A stretch of 64,000 nt of DNA from Acetobacteraceae bacterium (GTDB lineage Bacteria; Pseudomonadota; Alphaproteobacteria; Acetobacterales; Acetobacteraceae). The DNA lies in contig CBDCJX010000007.1 in NCBI GenBank assembly GCA_965218045.1, positions 63,075 through 127,074 of the forward strand, read 5' to 3'. Below the pieces are notes generated by a model. That model made no database searches and was not told the DNA's origin. It saw only the letters and a list, made by a program, of their open reading frames with translations. Within the stretch, counting starts at the first letter, position 1. Every line of letters begins with the position of its first letter. Shown here one piece after another: positions 31,120-41,391 of this stretch. Made by a program: the position numbers and the translations under genes.

Positions 31120-32165
31120 TGCGCGTCTTCGCCAGCCTGCCGCTGGCCGATTGGCGTGCGGCGGGGCCGGCCGCCCGCGCGGCGGAGGATGACGGCTACG
31201 ACGCGGTGATGACCGTGGAGCTCAACCACGATGTCTTCGCGCCACTCGCCTTTGCCGCGCTGGCGACGGAACGGGTCGAGCTGACGCCGTCGATCGCGGT
31301 GGCCTTCCCGCGCAGCCCGACCGTCACGGCGAGCCAGGCGTGGGATCTGCAAGCGAATTCGCGCGGCCGTTTCGTGCTCGGCCTCGGCAGTCAGGTGAAG
31401 GGCCACAACGAGCGGCGCTTCGGCATCTCCTGGAGCCCGCCGGCGCCGCGACTGCGCGAATACGTGCAAGCGTTGCGCGCGATCTGGCGCTGCTGGGAGA
31501 ACGGCGAAAAACTCGACTTCCAGGGCGAGCACTACAAGCTTACCCTGATGACGCCGGATTTCTCGCCGGCGCCGACCCGGCTGCCGATGGTGCCGGTGAC
31601 GATCTCGGCGGTGGGCGCGGCGATGCTGCGTGTCGCCGGCCAGGCGTGCGACGGCGTTCGGCTGCACCCGATCTGCTCGCGGCGATATCTTGAGGAGGTG
31701 TGCCTGCCGCAGCTGAGCGAGGGAATGCGCCGTAGCGGTCGGTCGCGCGAGCACTTCGACATCCATGGCGGCGGTTTCGTGGCGACCGGTCGCGACGAGC
31801 AAGCTGTTGCGGCGGCGATGGATACCGTGCGTCGCCGCATCGGCTTCTACGGATCGACGCGCAGCTACCTGCCCATTCTGGCGCTGCACGGCCTCGAGGA
31901 ACTCGCGGCCAAGCTGCACGAGTTCTCGGTGACCGGTCGCTGGAGCGAGATGGCCGCGCTGGTGTCGGACGACGTGGTGCGAATCTTCGCCGCCTGCGGC
32001 ACCTACGGCGAGATCGCGGCGTCGGTCGAGCAGCGCTTCGGCGGTGCCGCGGATTCGATTGACATCAACTTCCCCGCCGACGCGCCGCCGGGCCTGAGGC
32101 ACGAGGTCATCAGCGACATACGCCGCATCCCGCACGCTTTCGCCGGCTTCGATGCCAGCTGGTGA
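31119..32165 (+). CDS. LLM class (luciferase-like) flavin/F420-dependent oxidoreductase
   Basis: The ATG overlaps the TauD stop as ATGA. GYDAVMTVELNHD, LGLGSQVKGHNERRFG and FYGSTRSY are typical of the LLM family. Confidence 0.7.
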   Translation: MRVFASLPLADWRAAGPAARAAEDDGYDAVMTVELNHDVFAPLAFAALATERVELTPSIAVAFPRSPTVTASQAWDLQANSRGRFVLGLGSQVKGHNERRFGISWSPPAPRLREYVQALRAIWRCWENGEKLDFQGEHYKLTLMTPDFSPAPTRLPMVPVTISAVGAAMLRVAGQACDGVRLHPICSRRYLEEVCLPQLSEGMRRSGRSREHFDIHGGGFVATGRDEQAVAAAMDTVRRRIGFYGSTRSYLPILALHGLEELAAKLHEFSVTGRWSEMAALVSDDVVRIFAACGTYGEIAASVEQRFGGAADSIDINFPADAPPGLRHEVISDIRRIPHAFAGFDASW

Positions 32166-32171
32166 TGCGGC

Positions 32172-33758
32172 TCACGTCGGGCGTTGCCCTAGCAGAACCT
32201 CCTGAATGCCGCGCTTGCTGATCTTGCCGGTGTCGGTAAGCGGGATCTCACCGTCCTCGACCAACGCGATCAGGCGCGGCACCTTGTAGGCGGCACCCTG
32301 TTCGCGGCAATGGCGAAGCAGCTCGTCGACCGTGGCGCGCGCGCCGTCCTGCAACACGACCATCGCCGCGAGCACCTCCTCGCGCTCCGGGTCCGGCAGT
32401 CCCACGACCACGGCTTGTCGCACGGCAGAATGCGCGTGCAGGATTTCCTCGACCTCGGCGGGGGCGACGTTGATGCCGCCGGTCTTCACCAGCTCCTTGA
32501 TACGCGAGCGGAAGCGCAGCCCGCCCTCCGGCTCCAGGAAGGCGAGATCACCGGTGTAGAACCAGCCCTCCGCGTCCTTCACCGACGCGGTGTTCTCGGA
32601 ATCCTTGTAATAGCCCGGTGTCACGTAGCCACGGATGCGAACCTCGCCGACCTCGCCGTCCGGCAGCTTCGCGCGCGTCGTCGGATCGACGATCTCGATC
32701 TCGGTGCCCGGCAGGGCGGTGCCGCTGAGGCGCGCGCGCGCCTCGAGCGGTGCCTTGCAGTCGGTCACCGCGCTGTTGCCATAACCCTCGGTGAGCCCGT
32801 AGCACGAGGTAATCTCGGGCGCGCCAATGCTCGCCATCACCGGCACCGATTGCGGCAAGGTGATGCCGGTGCGCAGCGACGAGAGATCGTATCGCGCGCG
32901 CTCGGGATGCGTCTGCAACGCGAGCGCCATGTTCGGCATGGCGTAGAGCACGGTGCAGCGCTCGCGCTCGATCAGGGCGAGGCTCTGCGCGATGTCGAAA
33001 CTCTCCTGCAACACGATGCTGCCGCCGTGCGTCATCATCGCCAGCAGCGCGTTGGCGCAGCCGAAACTCCAGAACAGCGACACCACCATCAGCAAGCGGT
33101 CGTGCTCCGTGATGTGCAGTCGCTCGCCGATGCCGTGCATGTTGCGCACCAGCCCGTCATGCAGCAGCGGCACCGCTTTCGCGCGCGCCGTCGAGCCCGA
33201 GGTGAACAGCAGGTAGGCTACGTCGTCCGGCTGAACCGAATCGCGCGCGGTGTCGATCGCCGCCTCCGGCACGTCTTCCCCGCGCTGCAACAGTTCGGCG
33301 TAGGACAGCGCGCCGGACGGCACGGTCGCGCCAAGGCAGACCACGTGGCGCAGCGCCGGCAATGCGGTCGCGCGATCGCCGATCGTCGCGAGCTCGGCCA
33401 CGTAGTCATGGCGCAGGTAGCGATCGCTCATTACCAGCACCGCGGCCTCGGACAGCGCCAGCGCGTGCTGTAGCTCGCGCGCCCGCCACCAGGTGTTGAG
33501 TGCCACCAGCATCGCGCCCAGCATCGTCGCCGCGAAGTCGACCAGCAGCCACTCGGCGCGATTGCTCATCAGCACGGCCACCGCGTCGCCGCGGCGCACG
33601 CCGAGCGCCTGAAAACTTCGCGCCAACCGACGCACTTCGCGCTGGAACTCCGCAAACGTGTAGCGCCGCTCGGCGTCGATCAGGAATGTGCGGTCCGGAT
33701 GTTTCGCCGTAAGCTCCGCCAGCAGCGCGGGGAGTGTGCGGCTTGCCGGCTCGTTCAA
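32172..33758 (-). CDS. AMP-dependent synthetase/ligase (acyl-CoA synthetase family)
   Basis: AMP-binding motifs LFTSGSTARAKA, YGLTEG, TGDLAF and GKISKR. 528 aa. Confidence 0.85.
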   Translation of the reverse strand: MNEPASRTLPALLAELTAKHPDRTFLIDAERRYTFAEFQREVRRLARSFQALGVRRGDAVAVLMSNRAEWLLVDFAATMLGAMLVALNTWWRARELQHALALSEAAVLVMSDRYLRHDYVAELATIGDRATALPALRHVVCLGATVPSGALSYAELLQRGEDVPEAAIDTARDSVQPDDVAYLLFTSGSTARAKAVPLLHDGLVRNMHGIGERLHITEHDRLLMVVSLFWSFGCANALLAMMTHGGSIVLQESFDIAQSLALIERERCTVLYAMPNMALALQTHPERARYDLSSLRTGITLPQSVPVMASIGAPEITSCYGLTEGYGNSAVTDCKAPLEARARLSGTALPGTEIEIVDPTTRAKLPDGEVGEVRIRGYVTPGYYKDSENTASVKDAEGWFYTGDLAFLEPEGGLRFRSRIKELVKTGGINVAPAEVEEILHAHSAVRQAVVVGLPDPEREEVLAAMVVLQDGARATVDELLRHCREQGAAYKVPRLIALVEDGEIPLTDTGKISKRGIQEVLLGQRPT

Positions 33759-34990
33759 CTCCGGCCGGTCGGGATCTGGTTGAATGGCTTGTCCTTGTCG
33801 ACGCGGATGTCACCGGGCAGCCCGAGCACACGCTCGGCGATGATGTTGCGCATGATCTCGTCCGAGCCCCCGGCGATGCGCGCCGCCGGCGAGGAGAGCA
33901 GCGTCTCCTGATACATCGCATGCAGCGGCACCATCGCCGGGTCCATCACCGCGCCGGCCGCGTCCATCAGGTCCATGCCGTACGAGGCGATGTCCTGCGT
34001 CATGCTCGCCTTGACCAGCTTGGAGATCGAGTTTTCCGGCCCCGGGTCCTTGCCTTGCGACAACGCGGTGAGCGTACGGTACTGGGTCAGCTTCAGCCCC
34101 TGCGCGCGCACCCACCAGTCGGCGATCTTCTCGCGTACCGCACTGTCGCGGATCGCCGGCGCGCCGTCGATGGTCAACTCGCGCGCGAGGTCGACCAGAT
34201 CGTCCGCATCCGGCCGATAGGCGATGCCGCCGACCGCCAGCCGTTCGTTCATCAAGGTGGTGAGCGACACGCGCCAGCCCTGGCCCACGCCGCCAAGGCG
34301 CTGGCTGTCGGGGATGCGCACATCGGTAAAAAACACCTCGTTGAAGTGGCGCGCGCCCGACATCTGGTGGATCGGCCGGATTTCGATCCCCGGTGATTTC
34401 ATGTTGAGGAAGAAGAACGTCAGCCCGGCGTGCTTCTGCACGGTCGGGTCGGTGCGCGCGACCAGGATGCCCCAATCCGACAGGTGCGCCCCAGAAGTCC
34501 AGATCTTCTGGCCGTTGATCACCCAGTCGTCGCCGTCGCGCTCGGCGCGCGTGCGCAACGCCGCGAGATCGGACCCGCCGGCCGGCTCCGAGAACAGCTG
34601 GCACCACACCTCCTCGCCGCGCAATGAGGGTGGCACGTGGCGGTCGAGCTGTTCCGGCGTCGCATAGGTCATCATCGTCGGGATGCACATGCCGAGCCCG
34701 ATCTCGAACACGCCGTTCGGCACGGCGTAGTCGGATTCTTCCTGGTTGTAGATAACCTGCATCATCGGCGAGGCGTCGCGGCCGCCCCACTTCTTCGGCC
34801 AAGTAAGTCCGGCAAATCCGGCCGCCGCCTTTTTTGCCTGCCATTCCTTGGCGCGCGCGACCTCAGCTTGGCCGATATGGCCGCGAAAGTTCACCGGCTT
34901 GGCGCGGCCCTTCAGCTCGGCATTGGCTTGCAGGAAGGCGCGGGCCTTGGCGCGAAACGCGGCTTCCTCGGGTGCGTCGTTGAAGTCCAT
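33755..34990 (-). CDS. acyl-CoA dehydrogenase family protein
   Basis: 411 aa with the ACAD N-terminal, middle and C-terminal domain pattern (CQLFSEPAGGSDLA, WTSGAH, GGSDEIMRNIIAE). Its stop overlaps the start of the downstream ligase gene by 4 nt. Confidence 0.85.
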   Translation of the reverse strand: MDFNDAPEEAAFRAKARAFLQANAELKGRAKPVNFRGHIGQAEVARAKEWQAKKAAAGFAGLTWPKKWGGRDASPMMQVIYNQEESDYAVPNGVFEIGLGMCIPTMMTYATPEQLDRHVPPSLRGEEVWCQLFSEPAGGSDLAALRTRAERDGDDWVINGQKIWTSGAHLSDWGILVARTDPTVQKHAGLTFFFLNMKSPGIEIRPIHQMSGARHFNEVFFTDVRIPDSQRLGGVGQGWRVSLTTLMNERLAVGGIAYRPDADDLVDLARELTIDGAPAIRDSAVREKIADWWVRAQGLKLTQYRTLTALSQGKDPGPENSISKLVKASMTQDIASYGMDLMDAAGAVMDPAMVPLHAMYQETLLSSPAARIAGGSDEIMRNIIAERVLGLPGDIRVDKDKPFNQIPTGRS

Positions 34991-34999
34991 TGTTGCCTC

Positions 35000-36109
35000 C
35001 TATGCCGCGTTGCGGGTTTCGAGCTGGTCGACCAGCCGGTCTTTCCAGAACGGCGCCGCGCCGAGAGTCAACGCGAGGTGCTTGGATCGCCGGTAATACA
35101 GGTGGCAGTCGAACTCCCAGGTGAAGCCGACCCCGCCATGCGTCTGGATGTTTTCCTTCGATGCGAGATGGAACGCCTCGGTCGCCGACACCCGCGCGGC
35201 AGCGGCAGCCAGGGCCAACTCGGCGCCGCCCTCGGTGAGCGCCCAGGCGCCGAAATACGCGTTCGCGCGGGCGAGTTCGAGCGCGACATAGACGTCGGCC
35301 AGCTTGTGCTTGATCGCCTGGAACGAGCCGATCGGGCGGCCGAAGGCGAAACGCTCCTTCGCGTAGTCGCGCGCCATGTACAGGCACGCCTCGGCCCCGC
35401 CGACCTGCTCGAAGGCGACGAGAATCGCAGCACGGTCCAGCAAGGTCTGCACGATGGGCCAGGCATCGCCGCTGCCGAGCCGCTCCGCCTTGGCGCCGGT
35501 GAGGTCGAGCCGGGCCTGATCGCGGCTCGGATCGACGCTGCGCAGCGCTTGGCGGGCGACACCTTGGGCCTCCAGGTCGACCTTGTACAAGCCCACGCCG
35601 GCGTCGTCGCGCGCCGCCACCACCGCGAAATCGGCGATGCTGCCGTCCGGCACCGGCCATTTCTCGCCGGTCAGCACTCCGCCCGCCGCGCGCAGCTTCA
35701 CCGCCGCCGGCGTGGGTCGGCCGGGACCCTCGGCCAGCGCAAAAGTGCCGATCAGCCTTCCCTCGGCCAGATCGGGCAGCAGGCTCTGCTTCTGCGCCTC
35801 GCTGCCGGCGGCGAGGATGGCCTCGGTCGCGAGATAGACCGAGGAAGCGAACGGCACCGGCGCCACCGCGCGGCCGATCTCCTCGGCGAGCACGCACAAC
35901 CCCTCGTAGCCAAGCCCGGCCCCGCCGTACTCCTCGGGGATCGCGGCGCCAAGCCAGCCCATCTCGGCCATCGCGGTCCACACCTCGCGGGCGTACGGGG
36001 CGCCGCCTTCGAGAACGTGCCGCACCACTTTGGCGCCGCATCGGTCGGTGAGGAAGCTGCGCGCCTGGTCACGCAGGAGCTGCGAGTCCTCGGAGAATTC
36101 GAAGTTCAT
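35000..36109 (-). CDS. acyl-CoA dehydrogenase family protein
   Basis: 369 aa. FGRPIGSFQAIKHKLADV and IQTHGGVGFTWE are typical of ACADs. Adjacent to a second ACAD gene. Confidence 0.85.
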   Translation of the reverse strand: MNFEFSEDSQLLRDQARSFLTDRCGAKVVRHVLEGGAPYAREVWTAMAEMGWLGAAIPEEYGGAGLGYEGLCVLAEEIGRAVAPVPFASSVYLATEAILAAGSEAQKQSLLPDLAEGRLIGTFALAEGPGRPTPAAVKLRAAGGVLTGEKWPVPDGSIADFAVVAARDDAGVGLYKVDLEAQGVARQALRSVDPSRDQARLDLTGAKAERLGSGDAWPIVQTLLDRAAILVAFEQVGGAEACLYMARDYAKERFAFGRPIGSFQAIKHKLADVYVALELARANAYFGAWALTEGGAELALAAAAARVSATEAFHLASKENIQTHGGVGFTWEFDCHLYYRRSKHLALTLGAAPFWKDRLVDQLETRNAA

Positions 36110-36150
36110 GGTTTCACCTCCGTCCTGCGTCGGACGCTATCGCCTGCGCA

Positions 36151-36819
36151 TCAGCCAGGGAAGATGCGACGGAACACCGCTGGCGAACCCTCGTCGAGCC
36201 GCAGATGCGGCCGCACGCGGGCGTTCCATGGGCTGCCGTTGCGCGCGCGATCCCACTCCGGCGTGTCCGGTACCCCGGCGTTCTCGAACTCGTACACCGT
36301 GAGATACTTGGGCTGGCCCTCGATCGCGAGATAGCGCCGCGCGCGGATCACGCCGGGCACCGTGAGATAGCCGGGGATGTAGCAGGTGTTGTACCAGTCG
36401 TTGAACTCCTCCTCCATCGCCGAGGGGATATCGATGCGCCCCATCTGCAGGAAGCGCGGCATCTCCATCGTGTTCTCGGCGGGACTGGTGCGGCTTGGAA
36501 AAATCTGGCGGTAGCCGTTGAGCAGGTAGTTGCGTCCGACATGACCGCCCGACGCGCGGGTCCGCTGCGCCGAGGGCTGGAAGCGCACGGTGTCGAGAAA
36601 CGCCGCGCTGCGCAGCACCGTGTGGTCCTCAAGCTCGTACATGGCGAGGTATTTCGGCCCGCCGCGAACCGCCTCGTAGCGGCCGGCGCTGAGGAAGCCC
36701 GGCACTTCGAGCAGCCGATGGATGTGCTCCTCGTTATACCATGTGTTGAACGCCGCCTCGTGCTCGGCGTCGACGTCGGTCCAGACCATGAGCAGGCCGG
36801 TGCCACGGGTCTTGGCCAT
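36151..36819 (-). CDS. tandem dimeric alpha/beta-barrel (DUF4286/EthD-like) domain protein
   Basis: ATG 36819 within ORF 36151..37071. An internal duplication is visible: F-x-x-WYNEEHI..LL.VPGF..AGRYEA..G.PKYLAMYELE and F-x-DWYNTCYIPGYLTVPGVIRARRYLA.EGQPKYLTVYEFE. Confidence 0.6.
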   Translation of the reverse strand: MAKTRGTGLLMVWTDVDAEHEAAFNTWYNEEHIHRLLEVPGFLSAGRYEAVRGGPKYLAMYELEDHTVLRSAAFLDTVRFQPSAQRTRASGGHVGRNYLLNGYRQIFPSRTSPAENTMEMPRFLQMGRIDIPSAMEEEFNDWYNTCYIPGYLTVPGVIRARRYLAIEGQPKYLTVYEFENAGVPDTPEWDRARNGSPWNARVRPHLRLDEGSPAVFRRIFPG

Positions 36820-36940
36820 TTCCGTTCCCTCGCTTGTTGCGCCGACGCTAACACCATCCAACCGACGCGGCCACCGCCGCGCCGTTGTGCGCCATCGGGC
36901 TTCATGCTGGGCTGGGTTGAGAAGGGTAGGGAGAGCAGCG

Positions 36941-37957
36941 ATGAGCCACGGCGGCAATTTTTCCGGCGCGTCGGACACGGCCTGGCTCGCCGCGCATGTG
37001 GAACCTATCATCGAGCCCGACTTGCCGATCATCGACCCGCACCACCATCTGTGGGTCCGTCCCGACAACACCTACCTGCTTGCCGAGCTGCTCGCCGATC
37101 TCGGCAGCGGGCACAATATCGTTGCGACCGTGTTCGCCGAGTGCCACTCCATGTATCGCGCCGAGGGACCGGAGGCGTATCGCTCGCTGGGCGAGACCGA
37201 GTTCGTCACCGGCGTCGCGGCAATGAGCGCCAGCGGCGGCTTCGGCCCCGCCCGCGCTTGTGCTGTGATGTTCGGCAACGTCGACCTCATGCTCGGCGCG
37301 GCGGTGCGACCGGTGCTGGAGGCGCATCTCGCCGCATCCGGCGGGCGGTTTCGCGGCATCCGCTTCTCGACCGCGTGGCACGATCAGGTGCGCGCCGTGG
37401 CGCCGCGACCGCGCATGATGGCGGAGACCAGCTGGCGCGAGGGCTATGCTTGTCTCGGCGCGCTGGGGCTGTCGTTCGATGCCTGGGTGTATCACCCGCA
37501 GCTCGGGGAGGTGGCCGAGCTCGCCGATGCATTTCCGGAGACGGATTTGATCCTCAATCACGTCGGCAGCCCGATCCTCGGCGGCCCGTATGCGACGCGA
37601 CGCGACGCGGTGTTCGACGACTGGAAGGCGGGAATGGCGGAGCTGGCGCGCCGTCCCAACGTATTCGTCAAGCTCGGCGCCCTGCCGATCCGATTGCCCG
37701 GCCACGGCGGTGGCGCGCGCGCAACGCCACCCTCCTCGACGGAGGTCGCGCAAGCATGGCGACCGTATATCGAGACCTGCATCGAACTGTTCGGCCCAAC
37801 GCGCTGCATGTTCGAGAGCAATTTCCCGGTGCAGAAGCGGTGGTGCAGCTATCAGGTGGTGTGGAACGCCTTCAAGCGGCTTGCCTCCGGTGCGTCGGCG
37901 GAGGACAAGACCGCTTTGTTCAGCGGCGCCGCCGCGCGGGCATATCGCATGCAATGA
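36941..37957 (+). CDS. amidohydrolase family 2 protein
   Basis: ATG 36941 within ORF 36722... Metal-binding IIDPHHHLW motif, LILNHVG, and FESNFPV, typical of amidohydrolase_2. Confidence 0.8.
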   Translation: MSHGGNFSGASDTAWLAAHVEPIIEPDLPIIDPHHHLWVRPDNTYLLAELLADLGSGHNIVATVFAECHSMYRAEGPEAYRSLGETEFVTGVAAMSASGGFGPARACAVMFGNVDLMLGAAVRPVLEAHLAASGGRFRGIRFSTAWHDQVRAVAPRPRMMAETSWREGYACLGALGLSFDAWVYHPQLGEVAELADAFPETDLILNHVGSPILGGPYATRRDAVFDDWKAGMAELARRPNVFVKLGALPIRLPGHGGGARATPPSSTEVAQAWRPYIETCIELFGPTRCMFESNFPVQKRWCSYQVVWNAFKRLASGASAEDKTALFSGAAARAYRMQ

Positions 37958-38089
37958 AACGAATAAGAGAACGCCCACCGGGCGATGATCCCGTGCCAGG
38001 ACAACCCTGAGTGGGAGCGGCGGACCGGCCCTTGTGCGGGTGCAAGCCGTGTGTGCTAGGCTACCCGCCGGTATATAAGGAGGAAGCCG

Positions 38090-39295
38090 ATGAACGAAGT
38101 CGCGATGAACGCGCCCAATATGTGGCGTCTGGACACGCCGGGCCATTCGGGTTGGGCGCGTACCGCCCGTGCCGGCGACGCCGACAAATACTTCATGGTC
38201 TCCACCGACAGTCATGCCAACGAGCCGCCTGATTTGTGGGAGAAGCGGATCGACGCCAAGTACCGCGATCGGGTGCCGCGGATTATCGTCGACGATCAGG
38301 GCGTGCAGTGGCGCTACTGCGAGGGCTACCGGCCGGACAAGGTCCGCGTGATGAGCTTCGAGGGCGAGGACTGGGTCCGCTCCAAGGCCGGGGCCGACGT
38401 GCAGGACCGCATCCGCGACAATCGGGCCGACGGGATCGACGTCGAGATCATCTTCCCCAACAAGGGTCTGGCGATGTGGGCCACACCCGACCCGGTGTTC
38501 GCCAACGCGCAGTGCCGCGTGTGGAATGATTGGGCTTGGGAGCAGTTCGGCCCGCATCCGGAGAGCATGTTGCCGGTGGCCGCCATTGCGGCCGGTGACC
38601 TCGAAGGCTCGATCGCCGAGATCCAGCGCGTCGCCAAGATCGGCTTTCGCGCGTTGTCGCTGCCGTGCAAGCCGATCTGGGGCGGACATGACGTGGAGCA
38701 CGTCAACTACAACCTGCCGCATTTCGACCCGATGTGGGCGGTGATCGAGGAAACCGGCCTGCCGATCACGTTCCATATCTCCACCGGCCGCGACCCGCGC
38801 GCCTCGCGCGGCAATGGTGGCGCGGTGATCAACTACGTCACCCACTCGCTCTCGCCGACCATCGAGCCGGTCGCCAACATGTGCGCCTCCGGCGTGCTGG
38901 AGCGGTTCAAGGGCCTGCGCTTCGCCACCATCGAGGCGGGCATCGGCTGGGTGCCGTGGCTGCTCGACGCGATGGACGAAGGTTATCGCAAGCACCACAT
39001 GTTCGTCCGGCCGAAGCTGCAGGGCCTGCCGAGCGACTATTACCGCGCCCATGCGGTGGCCTCGTTCCAGGAAGATCCGACCGGTCTCGCGCTCGCCGAG
39101 AAGTACAACCTCGTCGACAACTTCATGTGGGCCAACGACTACCCGCATCATGAGGGCACCTGGCCGCACTCGGCCGAGGCGATCGAGCGCACCATGCCCA
39201 ACCTGACGGAGCCGCAACGGGCCAAGATCCTCGGCCTCAACGCCGCGCGCTTCTTCAAGCTCGAGGTCCCGGCGCGCCAGCGCCTCGCGGCCTAG
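38090..39295 (+). CDS. amidohydrolase family 2 protein (ACMSD/decarboxylase-like)
   Basis: AAGGAGGAAG RBS. Has MVSTDSHANEPPDLW, FHISTG, WANDYPHHEG and PQRAKILGLNAARFF, typical of the family. Confidence 0.78.
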   Translation: MNEVAMNAPNMWRLDTPGHSGWARTARAGDADKYFMVSTDSHANEPPDLWEKRIDAKYRDRVPRIIVDDQGVQWRYCEGYRPDKVRVMSFEGEDWVRSKAGADVQDRIRDNRADGIDVEIIFPNKGLAMWATPDPVFANAQCRVWNDWAWEQFGPHPESMLPVAAIAAGDLEGSIAEIQRVAKIGFRALSLPCKPIWGGHDVEHVNYNLPHFDPMWAVIEETGLPITFHISTGRDPRASRGNGGAVINYVTHSLSPTIEPVANMCASGVLERFKGLRFATIEAGIGWVPWLLDAMDEGYRKHHMFVRPKLQGLPSDYYRAHAVASFQEDPTGLALAEKYNLVDNFMWANDYPHHEGTWPHSAEAIERTMPNLTEPQRAKILGLNAARFFKLEVPARQRLAA

Positions 39296-39423
39296 ACCTC
39301 GGCAGCGGCCGGTTCGCGTTCGCGCGGACCGGCCCGCCCCGCGGCGGCGGCACGGCCATGGGAACTCCGCTGCTCCCGCCTGGTTTCAATGCGTGATCGT
39401 GAACCGGTGGGAGTGGGAATGGG

Positions 39424-39609
39424 ATGAGTGACACACAGCCGAATGTCGGGCGGCTGCTGGATGCCCAGGGAGACGCCGTGCGCCGCAATGTCGCACAAGC
39501 TCAAGGCACCGTCGCCGAGGTGCGTGACTACATTCGCGAACAACCATTCAGCGCGGCGCTGCTGGCCATCGCCTTCGGCTACATCATCGGCCGGCTGCGG
39601 ATCATCTAG
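39424..39609 (+). CDS. small tail-anchored protein, DUF883/ElaB-like C-terminus
   Basis: 61 aa. Helical N-terminus followed by REQPFSAALLAIAFGYIIGRL, the motif seen in the ElaB/YqjD/DUF883 family. Confidence 0.5.
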   Translation: MSDTQPNVGRLLDAQGDAVRRNVAQAQGTVAEVRDYIREQPFSAALLAIAFGYIIGRLRII

Positions 39610-39722
39610 TCGCGGTCGCTGCCCGGCGCACGGGCGCTGGTCGGGCGGGTAGAACCCGGCGCATACTTGCTCCAACGTCCACGCGAGGGGAAACGCCCCC
39701 GCAAGGAATGGAGGAAGGAACG

Positions 39723-41366
39723 ATGCTGGGATTGATGCAGCAGCGGCCGTTGCTGCTCTCAAGCCTGATCGAGTATGCCGCACGCTATCATGGCACCACC
39801 GAGATCGTCTCGCGGTTGCCCGACGGCGCGATCCATCGCAGCGACTATGCGCGCGTTGCGTCCCGAGCGCGACGCCTCGCTCAGGCGTTGCGTCGGCTGG
39901 GTGTCGCGTACGGGCAACCGGTCGCCACCTTGGCGTGGAACGGGTTTCGTCATCTGGAACTGTATTTCGGCGTGACCGGCGCCGGCTCGGTGTTGCACAC
40001 GGTCAATCCCCGGCTGTTTCCGGAACAGATCCATTACATCATCGAACACGCCGGCGACGAGTACGTGTTCTTCGACCTGAGCTTCACCGCGTTACTCGAA
40101 GAACTGGCGCCAAAGCTGGACAAGGTGCGCGGCTTCATCGCCTTATGCGATCGAAGCGAGATGCCGCAAGCGAAACTGCCCAACCTGCTGTGCTACGAGG
40201 ATCTGCTCGCGGCCGAACCGGGTGAGTACGTTTGGCCAGAGTTCGACGAGAACACCGCCTCCACGCTCTGCTACACCTCGGGCACGACCGGCAATCCGAA
40301 AGGCGTGCTGTACAGTCACCGCTCGCAGATGCTGCACAGCTTCGTCGCGATGGCGGCCGACGTGATGGCGGTCTCGGCGCGCGACAGCATCATGCTGATC
40401 GTGCCGCTGTTCCACGCCAACGCCTGGGGCCTGCCGTTCGCTGCCGCCGGCACCGGCGCCAAGCTGGTGTTGCCGGGCATGCAGCTCGACCCGCAGAACA
40501 TCTACACCCTGATGCGCGACGAGGGTTGCACCCTGGCAGGTGCGATCCCCACCATCTGGCTCAACCTGTTCACCTGGATCGAGCAGAACCGGGGAAAACT
40601 CGATCTCTCCGAGATACGCCTCACCCGTGTGCTCAGCGGCGGCACCGCCGTCCCGCGCTCCTCGATCGAGAAGTTCGAGAAGCTGTTCGGCGCCTTTCTG
40701 CTGCAAGCGTGGGGCATGACCGAGACGAGCCCGATCGCCACCGTCGGCAGCTTGCTCCCCAAGCACGCCGGTCTCGACCTCGACCGGCGCTTTGATGTGC
40801 AAGCGTTGCAAGGCCGGTCGGTGATCGGCTGCGAGGTGCGGCTGGTGGACGATGCGGGGCAGGAGCTGCCGCGCGACGGCGCAACGGTGGGCGAGCTGCA
40901 AGTACGCGGCCCCTGGGTGATCTCCGGCTATTTCCGGGGCGAGGGCGGGCAGGTGGTCGACGCGGATGGCTGGTTCCGCACCGGCGATGTCGCCGTGGTC
41001 ACGCCGGACGGGTTCGTGCAGATCACCGATCGCGCGAAAGACGTGGTGAAGTCGGGCGGCGAGTGGATCGGCTCGATCGAGATCGAGAACCTCGCGGTGG
41101 CGCACCCGGCGGTTCACGAGGCGGCGGTGATCGCGGCGCGTCATCCCACCTGGCAGGAACGGCCACTGCTGCTCGTGCATGTCAAGCCGGGGGCGAGCGT
41201 GACCAAGCAGGAGATGCTCGACTTCCTGGCGGGCAAGATCGTCAAATGGTGGATGCCGGACGACGTCATTTTCGTCGATGAGCTGCCCCACACCGCCACC
41301 GGCAAGCTGCTGAAGACCAAGTTGCGCCACGAATACGGGGACTGGCTGGAGCGGCGGGTGGGCTGA
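39723..41366 (+). CDS. long-chain-fatty-acid--CoA ligase (AMP-binding enzyme)
   Basis: AMP-binding motifs [30 protein letters not shown] and [12 protein letters not shown] 39723 is preferred; the ORF starts at 39708. Confidence 0.85.
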   Translation: MLGLMQQRPLLLSSLIEYAARYHGTTEIVSRLPDGAIHRSDYARVASRARRLAQALRRLGVAYGQPVATLAWNGFRHLELYFGVTGAGSVLHTVNPRLFPEQIHYIIEHAGDEYVFFDLSFTALLEELAPKLDKVRGFIALCDRSEMPQAKLPNLLCYEDLLAAEPGEYVWPEFDENTASTLCYTSGTTGNPKGVLYSHRSQMLHSFVAMAADVMAVSARDSIMLIVPLFHANAWGLPFAAAGTGAKLVLPGMQLDPQNIYTLMRDEGCTLAGAIPTIWLNLFTWIEQNRGKLDLSEIRLTRVLSGGTAVPRSSIEKFEKLFGAFLLQAWGMTETSPIATVGSLLPKHAGLDLDRRFDVQALQGRSVIGCEVRLVDDAGQELPRDGATVGELQVRGPWVISGYFRGEGGQVVDADGWFRTGDVAVVTPDGFVQITDRAKDVVKSGGEWIGSIEIENLAVAHPAVHEAAVIAARHPTWQERPLLLVHVKPGASVTKQEMLDFLAGKIVKWWMPDDVIFVDELPHTATGKLLKTKLRHEYGDWLERRVG

Positions 41367-41391
41367 CCGTCGCTCCAGCGTCTCCGCTAGG

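Noticed and set aside
36205-38010. 601-aa plus-strand ORF
   Set aside because: Its frame differs from the amidohydrolase gene (36941..37957) and it is antisense to the DUF4286-like gene. Arg-rich artefact.
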